From the NCBI GenBank assembly GCA_964016885.1, contig OZ024741.1, forward strand, positions 155,124,001 through 155,188,000: a DNA stretch of 64,000 nt, read 5' to 3'. The position numbers were made by a program, and so were the translations under genes. Shown here one piece after another: positions 1 to 13,889 of the stretch (position 1 is its first letter; every line of letters starts with the position of its first letter). The notes under the pieces were generated by a model. It saw nothing but the letters and a program-made list of their open reading frames with translations, had not been told where the DNA came from and searched no databases. The DNA comes from Eledone cirrhosa (lineage: Eukaryota).

Positions 1-213
1 TACTCAGCTGTAGAAATGAGCTGATAGGGACTGGGGTCCATATCATTCCACTGCAAAGTGGTCGTGGAGGTGCCACGGCAAAAAAGCACCCAGCACTCAC
101 TGTAAATGAGGTTGGTGTTAGGAAGGGCATCCAGCTGTAGAAATCAAGCCAGAATCAGTTCCCGTCCCACCCTTGCAAGCAGGGAAAAGCGGACGTAAAA
201 TGATGATGATGAT
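1..213 (+). mobile_element. SINE family A, 3' part
   Basis: Near-identical to 28637-28861; (GAT)n tail. Confidence 0.85.
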
Positions 214-1266
214 TAATGTGTTGTAATCACCTTTACAAGAAACAAAAACTTTCTATTTAAATTTTTCAGTTTGTACAGTTAGACATCTAAATACATTAAA
301 TTTGATGTTGTGAGGTGGTCAGATGGCCTAGGTGTAAAGGACTATACCATTTTCCAGTATGCAACAGATAACAGATACAAAATATCATTACCATAGGTGG
401 TGCTGTCCACTTTTTTCTGTTATAGTTTGTGCTTGTAATTGTGTATAATAAAAAATATCTTAACCATATATATTACAATATACATACATATGTACATCAT
501 CATCAGTTTATATCTAATTTCCATGCTGGCATGGGTTGGATGGTTTGTCACGTTGAGATCAGACAGGTCAGAATGACCTCATCTCACTCATGTGTTCCAT
601 ATTTAGCATTGTTTCTATCGCTGGATGCTCTTCCTAATGCTAATCCAGTGGTCTGTTATCCTGAACTCAGAGCCCTAACCAAATAATACAAAGCATTCTG
701 TTTGGTGCTTAATTAGTTACAGCAATAATAATAATAATGGCTTCTGATTTAGACACACGACCAACAATTTGGGGAAAGGGGAAAGTCGATTAAATCGACG
801 CCAGTGTGTTACTGGTACTTTATTTTATTGTCTCCATAAGGTTGAAAAGCAAAACTAATCATGGCAGGATTTAAACTCAGAATGTAAAGAATTGTAACTA
901 TATCCTGCGAAGCATGTTGTCCGACACTCTACCAATACTGTCATTCAACTACCCTATTGGAGCCATAACAATCATGAGATGCTGGGGAAATGTTTTTACT
1001 ATAGCCTCAGATTGAGGCTATGGTAAAAACTGTGAATGAAATTGGGTAGACAGAGACTGTGCAGAATCCCATCAGATTGAGTAATTCAAAAGTTCATAGT
1101 TTTTCACATAGATTTAGCTTGGGAACTACATCAAGGCTACAAATAACTGTAGAATAATCAACCACTTGGCCATCGAATATAGGGATTGCTAAAATATCCA
1201 TCCATACATACATATATACTTAATGTAGCAAAGATGTTTCTTAGTGCATTAGATAATATCACACTG

Positions 1267-3621
1267 GGAAGTAGAGAAGACTATCAAGTGGCCAGGAGGC
1301 AAGCTAGGAGACAAGTGTACTTCGCAAGAAGGGAAGCAGAGGAAAAAAAGTTCAAGCATGTTCTACAACGCGAGGACCAAAAACGTGAAGTGTTCAGGAT
1401 TGCTAGGCAATGTGTCAAGGAAAACCGTGATATTGTCGGGGAGAAGTGTGTCCTTAATGATGATGGTGTACTTGCCATCACTGACGCTGATAAGAAGGTA
1501 GCTTGGAAGTGTCACTACGAAAGGCTACTAAATGAGGAGAATAATTGGGAGAAAGACAGTCTCCCCCACATCGATCTAATAGAGGGACCAGCAGTGCAAG
1601 TTGAAGGTAGTATAATAAGTAAGGTGATCAAAGACATGAAGACGGGCAAGGCGGTTGGGCCTTCGGAAATAGTTGCTGAAATGCTGAAAGCATCTGGAAC
1701 GGTGGAACACACTATGGTTACCCGGATAGTAAACCAAGTCATACAGAATGGGGTCGTTCCGAAGGACTGGCGCAGCAGCATCATCATTAACTGCTACAAG
1801 GGTAAAGGAGATGCCCTAGATAGGGGTAACTATAGAGGCATTAAATTAATTGACCAGGTCATGAAGGTCGCAGAAAAAGTAATAGCGCAACTAATCAGAG
1901 AGCAAATGAATCTAGACGAAATGCAGTTCGGGTTTGTGTCAGGTAAAAGTAAAACAGACGCTCTTTTCATTGTATGACAACTACAGAAGTACCTGGCTAA
2001 AAGTAAACTCCTATACTTAGCTTTTGTTGACTTGGAGAAAGCCTTTGACAGAGTACCCCGCTCGATTATCTGGTGGGCCCTTAGAAAACTAGGTGTTGAT
2101 AAATGGCTTGTGAGAGCTATACAAGCCATGTATAAAGAAACAGTCAGCAAGGTTAGAATTAACAACGAATAAAGTGAAGAGTTTAGCGTAAAAGTTGGTG
2201 TTCATCAGGGCTCCGTCCTTAGCCCCCTACTATTTATTATTGCCCTTCAGGCTATAACAGAGGAGTTCAAGACCGGCTGCCCATGGGAACTCCTATACGC
2301 AGATGATCTAACGCTCATAGCTGAATCAATGGCTGACCTAGAGAAGAAATTCCAAACATGGAAGCATGGCCTAGAATCAAAAGGCCTTAAAATTAACCTG
2401 TCTAAGACTAAAGTTCTAGTTTGTAGGAAGGAAAATAGGGCACTGGTCCCATCTGGGAAATGGCCATGCTCAGTGAGTAGGAAAGGAGTAGGCAGAAATT
2501 CCATTTTATGTCCCAAATGCAAAGTATGGGTGCATAAAAGATGTAGTGGGATCACAGGTAAGCTAACTAAGAATATAGAATTTACATGTGGCCGGTGCTC
2601 TGGTGCAATAAGTAGCAACAAGTGCCCACTGAATACTAGCTCATTCCATTACACAGATGGTTCTATAGAAATAGTGGACACCTTCCGTTACCTGGGTACA
2701 AAATCAGCAGTGGTGGAGGGTGCTCTGAAAGTACAGTAGCTAGAGTCAGAACGGGATGGAAAAAGTTCAGAGAGCTTATACCACTATTGGCCGCTAAAGG
2801 GTTCTCTCTAAAAATGAAAAGCAGGCTGTACGATGCCTGCATACGAACAGCAATGTTGCATGGCAGTGAGACCTGGGCATTGTGTGCAGAGGATATATGC
2901 AGACTAGAGAGGAACGAAGCTTGCATGCTCCGCTGGATGTGTAACAGTAATATACGTGAACGGCAAAGCATAAACGAACTAAGGGAAAAATTAGAAATAA
3001 GAGGGATCAGATGTTGTTTACTCGAGAGAAGGCTACGTTGGTATGGACACGTGATGCCCATGAAAGTCGATAGCTGTATAACAAAGTGCAGGGCAATAAA
3101 GATAGACGGTAGCCATGGAATAGGCAGACCTAGAAAAACCTGGGACGAGGTGATAAACTCCGACCTCACACACTTACACCTCTCCCAGACAATGTCACTG
3201 GACCGAGACCTTTGGCGGTACTCAGTAACAGAGAAGACCCGCCTTGCCTAAGTACAAAGCGAAACCTACAGTCAGTAGGCACCTCTAACAAAAATACACC
3301 CCCGCCGCACCACCCTTTCGATGTAAAGTTATGTTGGTACCACAACATCCAGGCCAAAATAAATGAGGTCGTGTAGGTGTCACGAAAAAAAAAATACACA
3401 GTCCACGCTGTAATGTGGCCGTGTAGGTAACACGGTAAAAACCTCCCAGTCCACACTGTAAACGTGGTTGGTGTTAGGAAGGGCATCCAGCCGTAGAAAA
3501 CCCGCCAGACAGTCCTATACGAGCAGGATAACTAATCTTGCCTCAAGTGGGAAAACTCCCGTCCAAACCCATGCAAGCGTGGAAGATGGACGTTAAACGA
3601 TGATGATGATGATGATGATGA
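1267..3621 (+). mobile_element. RTE-clade LINE, 5'-truncated, with stops/frameshift
   Basis: KGKGD..NYRGI, QFGF, DLEKAFD, GVHQGSVLSP, LYADDL, RRLRWYGH, GRPRKTW; 3'UTR and (GAT)n tail. Confidence 0.95.
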
Positions 3622-3749
3622 TGGGAACATTTAAAAATAAAACTCTTCCAAGCAGCATCTGTATCAGTTTGGTGTGAAATTGAGGAGATCCAATGACTGG
3701 GTTACATATAAAAACTCTGAAGAATGTCATTTACTTAAGGACAAATAAA

Positions 3750-4420
3750 ATATATGTCAAAAACTTCATTCTCAATCAATCCTAACTCTAATGACTCATA
3801 TAAGCAACAAAAAAGAGGAGGTGCAAAATACTTTGAAAAATATCAAACAGCAATGGTGATAGGAGAAAGCCAAACAAGCACACGAGAGTAGATCGAAAAG
3901 ATAGTAAGGCATTTTCCTCTTACATTGAAGTGCATGATCCACAATCCCCTTCAGTAGCATCTGTAAGAACTGCAGATGGTCACTCACGCTTGATTGATAT
4001 TGTCTCCATTCAGAATCATGTGTAGAACACTTCACTGAGCTCCTTAACAAGCCCTCTAATGTCAACAAACATTATTCAATCAATAAAAATCTATCCAATT
4101 GTAGATAAAATAGCATCAGAACTAACTAGAAATGACTACTGTACTAAAAAACAACAAATCTCTCAGCTAGGACAGTATTAATGCCAAGGTTCTCAAACAT
4201 GAAGGTGAGAAAGGGTAGCAATTTTGCATAGTAACATCCCATTGTTTGATGTTGTAGAAGACTGAGTTCATGTTACCTTAATCACCCTTTTCAAATCTGG
4301 TGCCTAAGACCAATTTGGTAATTCTAGGAGCATTTCTCTATTGTCTGTAATGTTCTAGCAAAATGCTTAATACGTCCATAGTGCGAGGAGTCATATCAGA
4401 GTCGCAATGTGGTTTTCGTG
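3750..4420 (+). mobile_element. Highly decayed RTE/BovB-like LINE fragment
   Basis: Residual EHFTELLN, N.R.ISLLS and SESQCGFR motifs. Confidence 0.5.
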
Positions 4421-4514
4421 TAAAAAAGAAAGTTTGCCAATGTCATGAGACATTAAGTGTTCCACAATGCTGGCGTGGAAAAATGGATGTTAAACGGTGA
4501 TGATGATGATGATG

Positions 4515-5970
4515 TGTTGTTGGGGAAAAGTGTTAGAAATGACACTGGTGCACTTAGCACCAGTGATGCTCAAAAGAAAGATGCCTAAAAATGGCTAATG
4601 AATGTAGAGAATGAATGGGAGGAGGAGAGACTATCCCCAACTTATCCAACAGAAGGACCAGCTATTGAAATTAACAGTTATAGCAATCAAGGAGATGAAG
4701 AATGGTAAAGGTACAGGACCATCAGAGATCATTGCTGAGATGCTAAAAGCACTGGAAGAAGTAGGAATCAAACTAGTAATCCACATAGTCAATCAGGTAA
4801 TACAAGAGTCATACCCAATAACTAGTTCAACAGCACAATCATAAATTGCTACAAGGTAATGTTCTAGAAAGGAACAACTATAGAGGAATAAAACTAATGG
4901 ACTAAGTTATGAAAGTGATGGAAAGAATTCTAGCACAACTAATTATGGAAAGAGTCAAATTAGATGTTCATGCCTGGGAAAAGTACTACAGATTCCCTTT
5001 TTAGTGTGGCAACTACAAGAAAAGTTCCTAGCCTAGAATAAGCTGCTATATTTAGCTTTTGTTGATTTAGAAAAGGCTTTTGACAGAGCATATCAATCTA
5101 TTATCTGGTGGCCTTAAAGAAATTAGGTGTAGAAGAATGGTTTGTGAGAGTAGTAGAATCGTGTACAGAGGAGCTGTAAGTACAGTAAGAGAAGGAAGTG
5201 AATTTAGTGAGGAATTCAAGGTACAGGTAGCAGTTCATCAAGGTTCAGTTCTTAGCCCACTGCTATTTATCATAGTTCTCCAGACCATGACAAAGGAGTT
5301 TAAAACTGCCTGTCCATGGGAACTTCTCTGTGTAGATTATCTGGTCCTTATAATTGAATCCATAAAAGAACCAGAGAATAAGTTCCGACTATGGAAATAG
5401 AATCAAAAGGTCTGAGAGTAAACTTAGCCAAAACTAAAGTGCTAGTAAGTAGGAAAGAAGATAGGAACCGATTCCCTCAGGGAAGTGGCCCTGCTCAATA
5501 TGTAGAAAGAGAGTAGGCATAACTCCATACAATGTAAATTTTGGTTACACAAGAAATATAAGGGGATAACACATAGACTAACAGGAAAGGAAGAATTTGT
5601 ATGTAAAAGATGCATAGGGGAAATCGAGAGGAACAGCATCAATAATGTAAACCTTTCCCAATCACAGGAAGAATCCATAGAAGTGGTTGATAGCTTCTGC
5701 TATCAAGGTAACTTAGTTAGCAGCAGTGGAGGGTGCTCTGAATAAGGATAGGATGTAAAACGTATAGAGAGTTACTCCTACTGTTGACAACAAAAGGTTT
5801 CCCCTTACGTATAAAAGAAAGACTGTATGATGATTGCGTGCAAAGTATGTTGCTGCATGATAGTGAAACATGGGAAGTGACTGCAGAGCGCATGTGTAGG
5901 CTGGAGAGGAAGGCAGAGCTTGGATGAATTGAGGGAGAAACTGGGTTTAAGAAGAATCTGAAGGTAGTTT
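4515..5970 (+). mobile_element. Decayed RTE LINE copy
   Basis: MKNGK..GPSEIIAEMLKA, VHQGSVLSPLLF, CPWELL; many disruptions. Confidence 0.9.
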
Positions 5971-7506
5971 CTGTAATAGTGTGAAGTGGATGAACATTGG
6001 TTACACTTCTTATGGTAAATGAATTCTTCAATTCTATTCCCATTATAATCTACACCGAGATCAATATATCCTTGATTTGATAGAAAATCTTGGGATTGTT
6101 TATCAGTCAATTCAGTTTTAATGCTGCCTTGAGTTGATTGGCTGTTCAATTTTGTCTTGTTGATAAAAAGTTATACAGATTGGGGTTTGTAACCTTTAAT
6201 CCTGTCAAGGATTGCTCATCTACATCCTTATCGACTGTGTACCATTAGTGTGTAATAAAGGCTTGACTAGAGTTAGCCTGGGACAGCAAATAGGCAGAAT
6301 CGTTAAAACGTCAGATAGAATGGCTCTTTGCTTTCTCAGTTCAAATCCTGCTGAGGTCAACTTTACCTTTCATCTTTCCAAGGTTGATAAAAAAAAAGTC
6401 TAGTACTGGGGGCAATTCTTCATTTATATCTCTTTCGCACTTCCTCTCTCTCACTCTCAATCTTTCTCAGACATAGAGAGTAGATGGGGTCCGCCAGGCT
6501 TAAGATGCCCAACAAATGCCATGTCACTACAGCACCCCTACAACTCCATCAGGAGTTACGGATCTGAGACGAGAGAGAACTAGTCCACATACTTTTAAAC
6601 TTTCTGCTATAGCACACTTGAACTCTTCCTCTTGGTGTTTGGGTATTGTTAGTATTATTTTTTCAAGTTTTGTTTTGTATTTTCATCAGTTTTTTATGAC
6701 ATTGATTTGTACTCCCACCATCTGTTTCTCTGAGAGAAACACTTTATAGTGGAGTACCATCTGTCTTTATTGTTATAAGGGAAGACGTTACGTTGAATTT
6801 AAATGAGATATAGCTATCTATTTTTTGTTTTTACTTTGGAGTGGATGTTCATTTTAGGTCTGTTTTTCTTTACAACGAGTTAATTATTTGTAATTATTGT
6901 CTACAGCTTATTTTATTTCCGTTAGATGTTGTTTTTCAGTGTTTGACTGGTTGGCGTGTATAATTAGCTCCTTTGATGATATCATATCCGCTATATGATG
7001 GATGGTCATATTTGGTCTATGCATTGCTAATTTGTTTTCAGAGGATTTGATTTTCTCCACAAAGTTACGTTTCTCCATGCTGTATTAAGTTTACCGATTT
7101 TTTTATTCCGTGAGCCACACTTTCTTGCCCCGATTGCCAGTGTTGCAAATTGGATCTTCTGGAAGGCGTATCAACCTTCTAAGGAATAAGAATGTTAAAC
7201 TAAATGTTACTAGTTGCTAATACTAAGGCTCTAATATAGATTGTAAATCAAGACTTCCGTTCCTCATAGTGACAGTTGCAGAAGGGGGGGGGGACAAAGT
7301 GTCAGATACAGGAGTCACATATACTAACACGCATATATACAATGAACATGCAATCGAATGCTCTATTCCAGTATGTGGTAAAACGACATGCTAAAAACAA
7401 CATTCAGAGCTCCGTTAAAGCGCATGTAAACTCTAAAAAAAATAGCTATGCAAATTCAGTATATATATATATATATATCGGTTGACTGTGTATTTGTGTA
7501 AGTACA

Positions 7507-7589
<83 letters not shown>

Positions 7590-8440
7590 TGTTGCTAGTT
7601 AAAGCCAATAAGGCTGTTATTCAACTTATTCTATAATACTAATCAATATGTATTAGAATGAAAATATAAACAATAGTTATATATTTGTTTCTACATTTTG
7701 GCACAACAAAGAGAAGTCGATTAGATCAAATCTAGTGTTAGTACTCAATAATTAAGAAAAGTAGAGCGTAGATATTATTAAATGGGTTCTTTGTCCTACA
7801 GTTAAGCTTATCAAAACGGTAGAAACCTATAATTCTTTCTTTATTAGTCACATCAAGAAAACACATGACGGAACAATAATAATATAGGTGTCTGTGAGAA
7901 GAAAGAAGCCCAATAGACAAAAATATTAACAAATATCGAAGAGAGCGTTATATATAATATAAACATGGGTTTTAATTAGGAAACTAAAAATACAAACATA
8001 CACAAACGGCTTATACAAACACCATCTATTTTGAGCAATAATGAAAAAGGCTTAAAGATACAATTGAAAATATTTCGAAAAATAGCACTTACCTTCATTG
8101 CCTGGCCAGAATAAATAAATATACGCATATATATATGCGTGTTTGTATGTAATAATTTGCTGTACAGAATACGTTGCCGGTGGTATTTTTTAACGCTTTT
8201 TCATAATATATCTGATTTAAGACATTCAAACATTGAATTAACGGGGCACTTTTTTGATTGGTCAATATACAAGCCTCGTTGTCGTTTCGCTTGTGCTCAT
8301 TCGGTTAAAGGTTACATATTGTAGTTTATATTTAGAATAAACGTTTTACTCAGTTGTATAAATAACGTTAGAAATTGTTTATAATTCTTACAGAATGAAA
8401 ATATAAACATAAATAATATACACAATTAATTATAGTATTA

Positions 8441-9141
8441 TTATAGAACACCCCACTTGTTTCTGTGGGAAAAACATTTTTCCTCGTTTTTTTTTTCGTG
8501 TGCTATTAACTAATCTAACCTCCAAGGTGCTGGCAATTAACTTTCCCCCCCGGAAAACGGAGGGGCTGGAGTGGGATCCTCTCCTCGGAGTTTTCCCTAC
8601 ATTTTTTTTTCGGAAACGACTAGATCTATAGAAAAAGTAAGGTGAAAAGGTGCGAAAAGACCATCGGAGTTTCGTGGGAAATAATAATTTTTTTCTGGAC
8701 CTCTTAGATGATTGCAATATATTTTTTTCTCTGATTAGGGTTAGGTTCAGGGTTAGAGTTAGTTTTAGGGTTAGGGTTTCCGTTTTCCGAGAAAAAAGTT
8801 GATTGCAAGCATCTAAGTGGTCCAGAAAAACAAACAAAGAAAGATAATGATTTCCCACCAAACGCGAGAGGTGTGTAGATCTGCGAAACTCCAATGGTCT
8901 TTTCACCCCACTTTTTCTACAAATGTAGTCGTTTCCGACTGGTTTGGGGGTCATATTAAAACGCAAAAAATTGTAGAGAAAACTCCAGGGAGGTGGGGGG
9001 CACTCTTCGTTCACCGGGAAAAAAGTCGATTGCCAACACCTTGGAGATTATATTAGTTGATAGCACACGGAAAAAATAACAACAGCTACAACAAAAAAAT
9101 AAGGAAAAAAATATTTTTCTCGCGGAAATCAAGTTCTATAA
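8441..9141. mobile_element. Foldback/MITE-like palindromic element with central telomere-like (TTAGGG)-variant loop
   Basis: Arms align as an imperfect inverted repeat (e.g. ctccaaggtgctggcaat / attgccaacaccttggag); loop at 8736-8778. Confidence 0.75.
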
Positions 9142-9599
9142 ATTTACCTTAATTATTGCTTATAAATATAATAAACAAAAATATGTAATCAAAGCCAGAG
9201 GAAAAAAAAAACATTGGCTGAATTGTTAGTGTCGGACAAAATGCACCGCTGTATTTAAATAGGGATCTTTGCGTTCTGAGATCAAATCTCGCAGAGGTTA
9301 ACTTTATCTTTCCTGGGTCGTTTTAATCGAATTTCTCTCCTCCATTTCCCAAACGAGAATAACAGTTTTTGTGCCTAAATTAGTAAGTTTTCTCTCTTAC
9401 GGATCCTTACATTGTAAGTTCAAAAGTTGGCTATTTCAGCACCTTAGCCACGCTATCACCCGCGATAATGCCAGTGTTTTTCCCCCACCCCAATATGTTC
9501 CTGTGTCTGTCATCTCTCATTTTTCCGCAGACTAATTTTTATTGATTTGTTTCTTAATTCATAATTATTATATAGGTTGTATTTATATGTGCAAGATGT

Positions 9600-10237
9600 T
9601 TTAAATCTAAAACGTGTCCCATACGCACCCCGATCCGCAAGATTCTAACCAAAATAAAATTTAAAATTAAATTAATCATTTAAAATTTTGGGCGCGTTTT
9701 CTGAAAAAAAAAAAAGGAATATACATTTCTTTGGGGATTTTTCTCTTGCTCTTTCGGCGATCACCGAATTTAGTTTCAGTGGGAGGGTCATGGAAACGTC
9801 AGCAGAACAAGAAAATAGTTCGTGTCAGGACCCTACTATGATCAATGGTTACTAAAGCACCCCATCCTACTATGTATGGAAGACCACAAGACCTGTATGA
9901 ATCAAAAAAAGAAAAGGCAATGTTATGGAGTGTCACATGTCACCACGTAAAACCTCAAGCGCCATGGCCGAGCCCCTCTGTCACTTCAAATTTTCACCTT
10001 ACTACAACAAAAAATAAACAAAAGAATTATAGTCTACTGAATGATGCAGTGCAGAAAACATATCTCAGTACAGGTTGAACTCTATAGAAAAGGAAACTGA
10101 CTCGTATTTGACGTGCGGGTCGTCAGCCGAATAAAAAAGTAGTTCAGGTAACGACATTTTTATGATCAGTGGTCATTAAGTCCCCGCACCATATGAATTT
10201 CTGTATGTAAATTAGAAGAAAAGAATATAGCAATGCG
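9600..10237 (+). promoter_or_regulatory. CpG-enriched promoter/5'UTR region of RBM48
   Basis: Local CpG enrichment against an AT-rich background; TGACGT motif near 10109; possible 5'UTR donor CAG|GTAACG at 10147/8. Confidence 0.4.
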
Positions 10238-10327
10238 ATGGACGGTCTCCCACCTCACCACGTTAAACAACCCATCTGTACAAATCGGCCCCTTTATAGA
10301 GAGGGAAGGGAACAGAAGGCTGTTAAG
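10238..10327 (+). CDS. RBM48: RNA-binding protein 48, coding exon 1 (MDGLPPHHVKQPICTNRPLYREGREQKAVK)
   Basis: Matches the RBM48 N-terminal motif HH.Q..C..R..YREGR...AVK; donor AAG|GTTTGT, phase 0. Confidence 0.9.
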
Positions 10328-10830
10328 GTTTGTAACATAAACGTACTTCTTTACTATTATTTATTACCAGCTCCAATGTTTTCTATTATGTATGTTGTTG
10401 CCAGACCATCCGTTGGTTCCGATGACATGTGTTCCTGTTTTTCGATTAACAGAACAGCCTGCTCGTGAAATTAACGTGTAAATGGCTGAGTATTCCATAG
10501 ACAAACACCTTTATTGTAGTCATTAGGGAGTGACTGGAGCAACGTGAAATAAGAACATGACATGTAATTCCTCGTTTGTTTACATCAGTTTTCTTATTTT
10601 CTACCTCGTCAAATCTTGTTTGTTCTAACCGAATTTTAGGGCTTCGATCTCTTTCCTCATGAATGAATGAACTTGTGTTGTCGCAAGAGCGCTGAGTTGA
10701 CACACGGAGTGTCTTCGATATTTTGAACCTGGTGGATCTTATCCTTCTCCGGGACTGAACACGGCCGATGTCTTTCAGGGTTAATATACGCTAAAGTTAT
10801 TTCCCTTTATACTACCTATCAACAGTTAAG

Positions 10831-11101
10831 AGGCTATGTAGCCGGTATGAGTGTTAGATACCATGAGTTGCGGCCCGAGTTAAGACAATTATTAAGACAT
10901 TTTGAAATCTTTTCCACCATCAATTGTTAAAAAACAAGTTAAAATCATTTAGTCGTCCATTCGTAACGTACGTTACGCTTTAGTTATATACAGATCTACA
11001 CGTAAATACATAAACAAATACAGATAACAAAAATAAGGGGCTGGTGAAACGCTATAGCGATATATGTTGCGTCCCTTTAGAGTTTACCGGCTACATAGCC
11101 T
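10831..11101. mobile_element. MITE with 17-bp perfect TIR
   Basis: aggctatgtagccggta ... taccggctacatagcct. Confidence 0.65.
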
Positions 11102-11773
11102 ATTCGTATTTCATAGACACCACCAAAGTATTTATCGGCTTGTCTGAATGTAAGGTTCGAATACCATAGCATCACTTATTCTCCGACCTCTTACACTGAG
11201 GGCAAAAAGGTTAATCGCCCAATATTGATTACTTAGATGATAAAGGTTCTGTAATAAATGCCTTTAAATACACGCATATATCATCGTCATTTTACGTCCG
11301 TGTTCCACACTGACATGAGATGGACATGTCACGTTCTGAAACTAGACAGGTTTGATCAAATCTTGCGCGTACGTTCCATTTTAGTAAGGTTTCTACTGTT
11401 GGATGCCCTTCCTAACATCAACTACACAGATAGTGCATTGCAGTGTGACATTAACACTAGAATGATGTATATGTGTGTGATTATCCCACGTTGGAATGCA
11501 CCCACTCTTTAAAGTAGTTGATGTTAGGAAGCGCATGCAGCTGTAGAAACTATGCCAAAATGGAACGTATGTACATAAAAGTGTGCTGTAGTTTACTTGA
11601 AGTATTGTGTAAAGTGTAGAAAATAGTGTTTTATCTGACAGCTACCAATATGTGAATTGGATGGCGAATGTTAAAAATATGATGATAACAAAACTTGCAG
11701 TTTATTATAGGTCCTTGTATTTCAGGATAAAATCCTTTCATTAAAAGATTAGTAGAAGAAGCTAGTTTAGAGT

Positions 11774-11837
<64 letters not shown>

Positions 11838-12069
11838 CATACATACATACACGTGTTTTGCAACGGGTCACTTTGTGGCTCAATGAAAAGTTAATAAATT
11901 AAATAATCAGAGCTATATATCATAAAACATGTCTATAGAATCACCAGATAAAATATATACCATTTCCTCGTCTATTCGATTTTTTATATGGTTAATTATG
12001 CTAATTGGGAGAGGAAATGGTATATATTTTATCTGGTGATTCTATAGACATGTTTTATTATATATATAT

Positions 12070-13865
12070 ATATATATATATTGCTCTCAAGCTGCCATTT
12101 TTTAAATTTGAAAATGTTTTTATTTTTTTGAAGCTGGAAATGTTGAATGCGTCACATTGTATGTGATCTAAGCTATGGTTATATCTATTTTTGAAGTAGA
12201 ATGAAGTGTGGCAGTGTGTATGTCTATGTTAGCCACTGGGTGTTGAGTTCTAGTTTGTTGTTGATTTGGGGTTTGAGTTTGGCTCTTAGTATAGACTCTG
12301 TGATTTTGAGATTGCTGGTATTCCTATCCTTAACTTCAATAGTAACTGTTATATCTTTATGTATGTCCTTATCTATGTGTTCAATAGTAACTGTTATATC
12401 TTTATGTATTTTCTTGTATTTATCTGTGTTCTTTGATATGGATGTGTTGTGGTCTTATCGTGCTGCTGATGTAAAATTCACTGTGTGTGGTGCATTGCAT
12501 GCAGTATGCCATGTATGTATGAATCCATGTTGTGAATATAGCAGTTTGCCAGTGTGCATTGATTTTTGTTCATCTTCAAGTCTTTTTTTTTTATAAACAT
12601 TTCTGCAGTGATGGGCTGGAGTGCGCTAATTGTTTATCCAATTTCTCCTTGCTGGTGGTTCTGCAAGTAGCTAGGGTTATCTTGTCATTGAAGTGTGACA
12701 ACTTCAGGAAACAGATGTCTGAAGAAATCTAATGTTTCCTAGGTTTAGGACCCTGAAGATGACTGGCATTGTATGCTGCATATCTGTTGCCCTTTAGCAC
12801 CTTTAAGAAATGTCTCATATGGAGGACCCAGTCCTCCGCTTTGTTGCATTTATTCCAGATACATGTGAGTTCATTCTGTATATATCCAGTTTTAACACTG
12901 ATGGGAAAGGCTGATTTGTAGTGTACAAACAAGTCTCTACAGGTGACTTTTCTGTAGAAGTTGTGGATGTCACCTCCTGTTATCCTTAGTTGGAAGTTGT
13001 GCTCAGAACAAAAGACCTTGTTTACCTCCCTTCTGACAAAGGGAAAGAATTTTACGTTGTCACTGGAGACACCTTCAGCAACCTTGCATTTGAACATCTC
13101 ATTAACAATAGATTATACTCCAAAATAATAGGCATCTCATTAACCCAGATTTTGGACCTTATTAACACTGCATGGACTGTTATATGCAAATGCCAACAAC
13201 TCCCTAACAAACACAAAACCAATATCACCACTGGAAATAGCAAGCTACCAACTGTCTACCATCTCATTAAAACTCACTAAACCAACTCTAAACTCCAGAT
13301 CAGGCCTATTATCTCTAGCATTGAAGGACCCCTCTATAAAATTTCCTGGCTTCCCTCCCAGATCCTCAAACCCATATTTTCTACCTTTCTCAGACATGTC
13401 AGCAGCCCCAATGATGTCATTCAAAGACTCCATCAACTGCAACTAGACTCTTTAGCATGTATCAGATACGCCTTTAGTCTTGATGTTGTCTTTCTATATG
13501 TCAGTACCTGCTCCCTAAGCGATCAGCCTAGTGACTGACTGCATCATCTCTTCTGAGCTCTACAGCTTCGGCTTCACTGCCTCTGATGTCCATCTAGTCA
13601 TAGGATCCAGTGTCTCAGGCCTACTGGTCATCACTTATATGGACTAGTTGGAACGTCGAACACTCAACACCTCCCACTCCTGTAACTTCTTCACTAGATA
13701 TTATAATCATCCTCACATTTTTCTGCAAAGAAGCCAATAAAATATTTGGAATGTTCTCAACCATGGATGATAACATGGTTTAGAATGACATTGGATCCCT
13801 GCTCCAACTCGATTTCCAACAATGGATAGTAGAAGGAGGTGACATCCACAACTTCTACAGGAACC
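12070..13865. mobile_element. Decayed Penelope-like retroelement: RT on + (12990-13865), linker/C-terminal part on - (12980 to 12070)
   Basis: PSDKG, YHLIKTHKP, LDV.SLY-like RT motifs; FYRKVT...H.KSAFP..VK linker motif on -; flanked by (TA)n. Confidence 0.75.
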
Positions 13866-13889
13866 TGTTTGAGCATTACAAATCAATAT

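Noticed and set aside
8736-8778. True telomere
   Set aside because: Short, degenerate and internal to a palindromic element
9790-9855. Upstream ORF METSAEQENSSCQDPTMINGY as an RBM48 exon
   Set aside because: In-frame stop, no convincing donor, no recognisable homology
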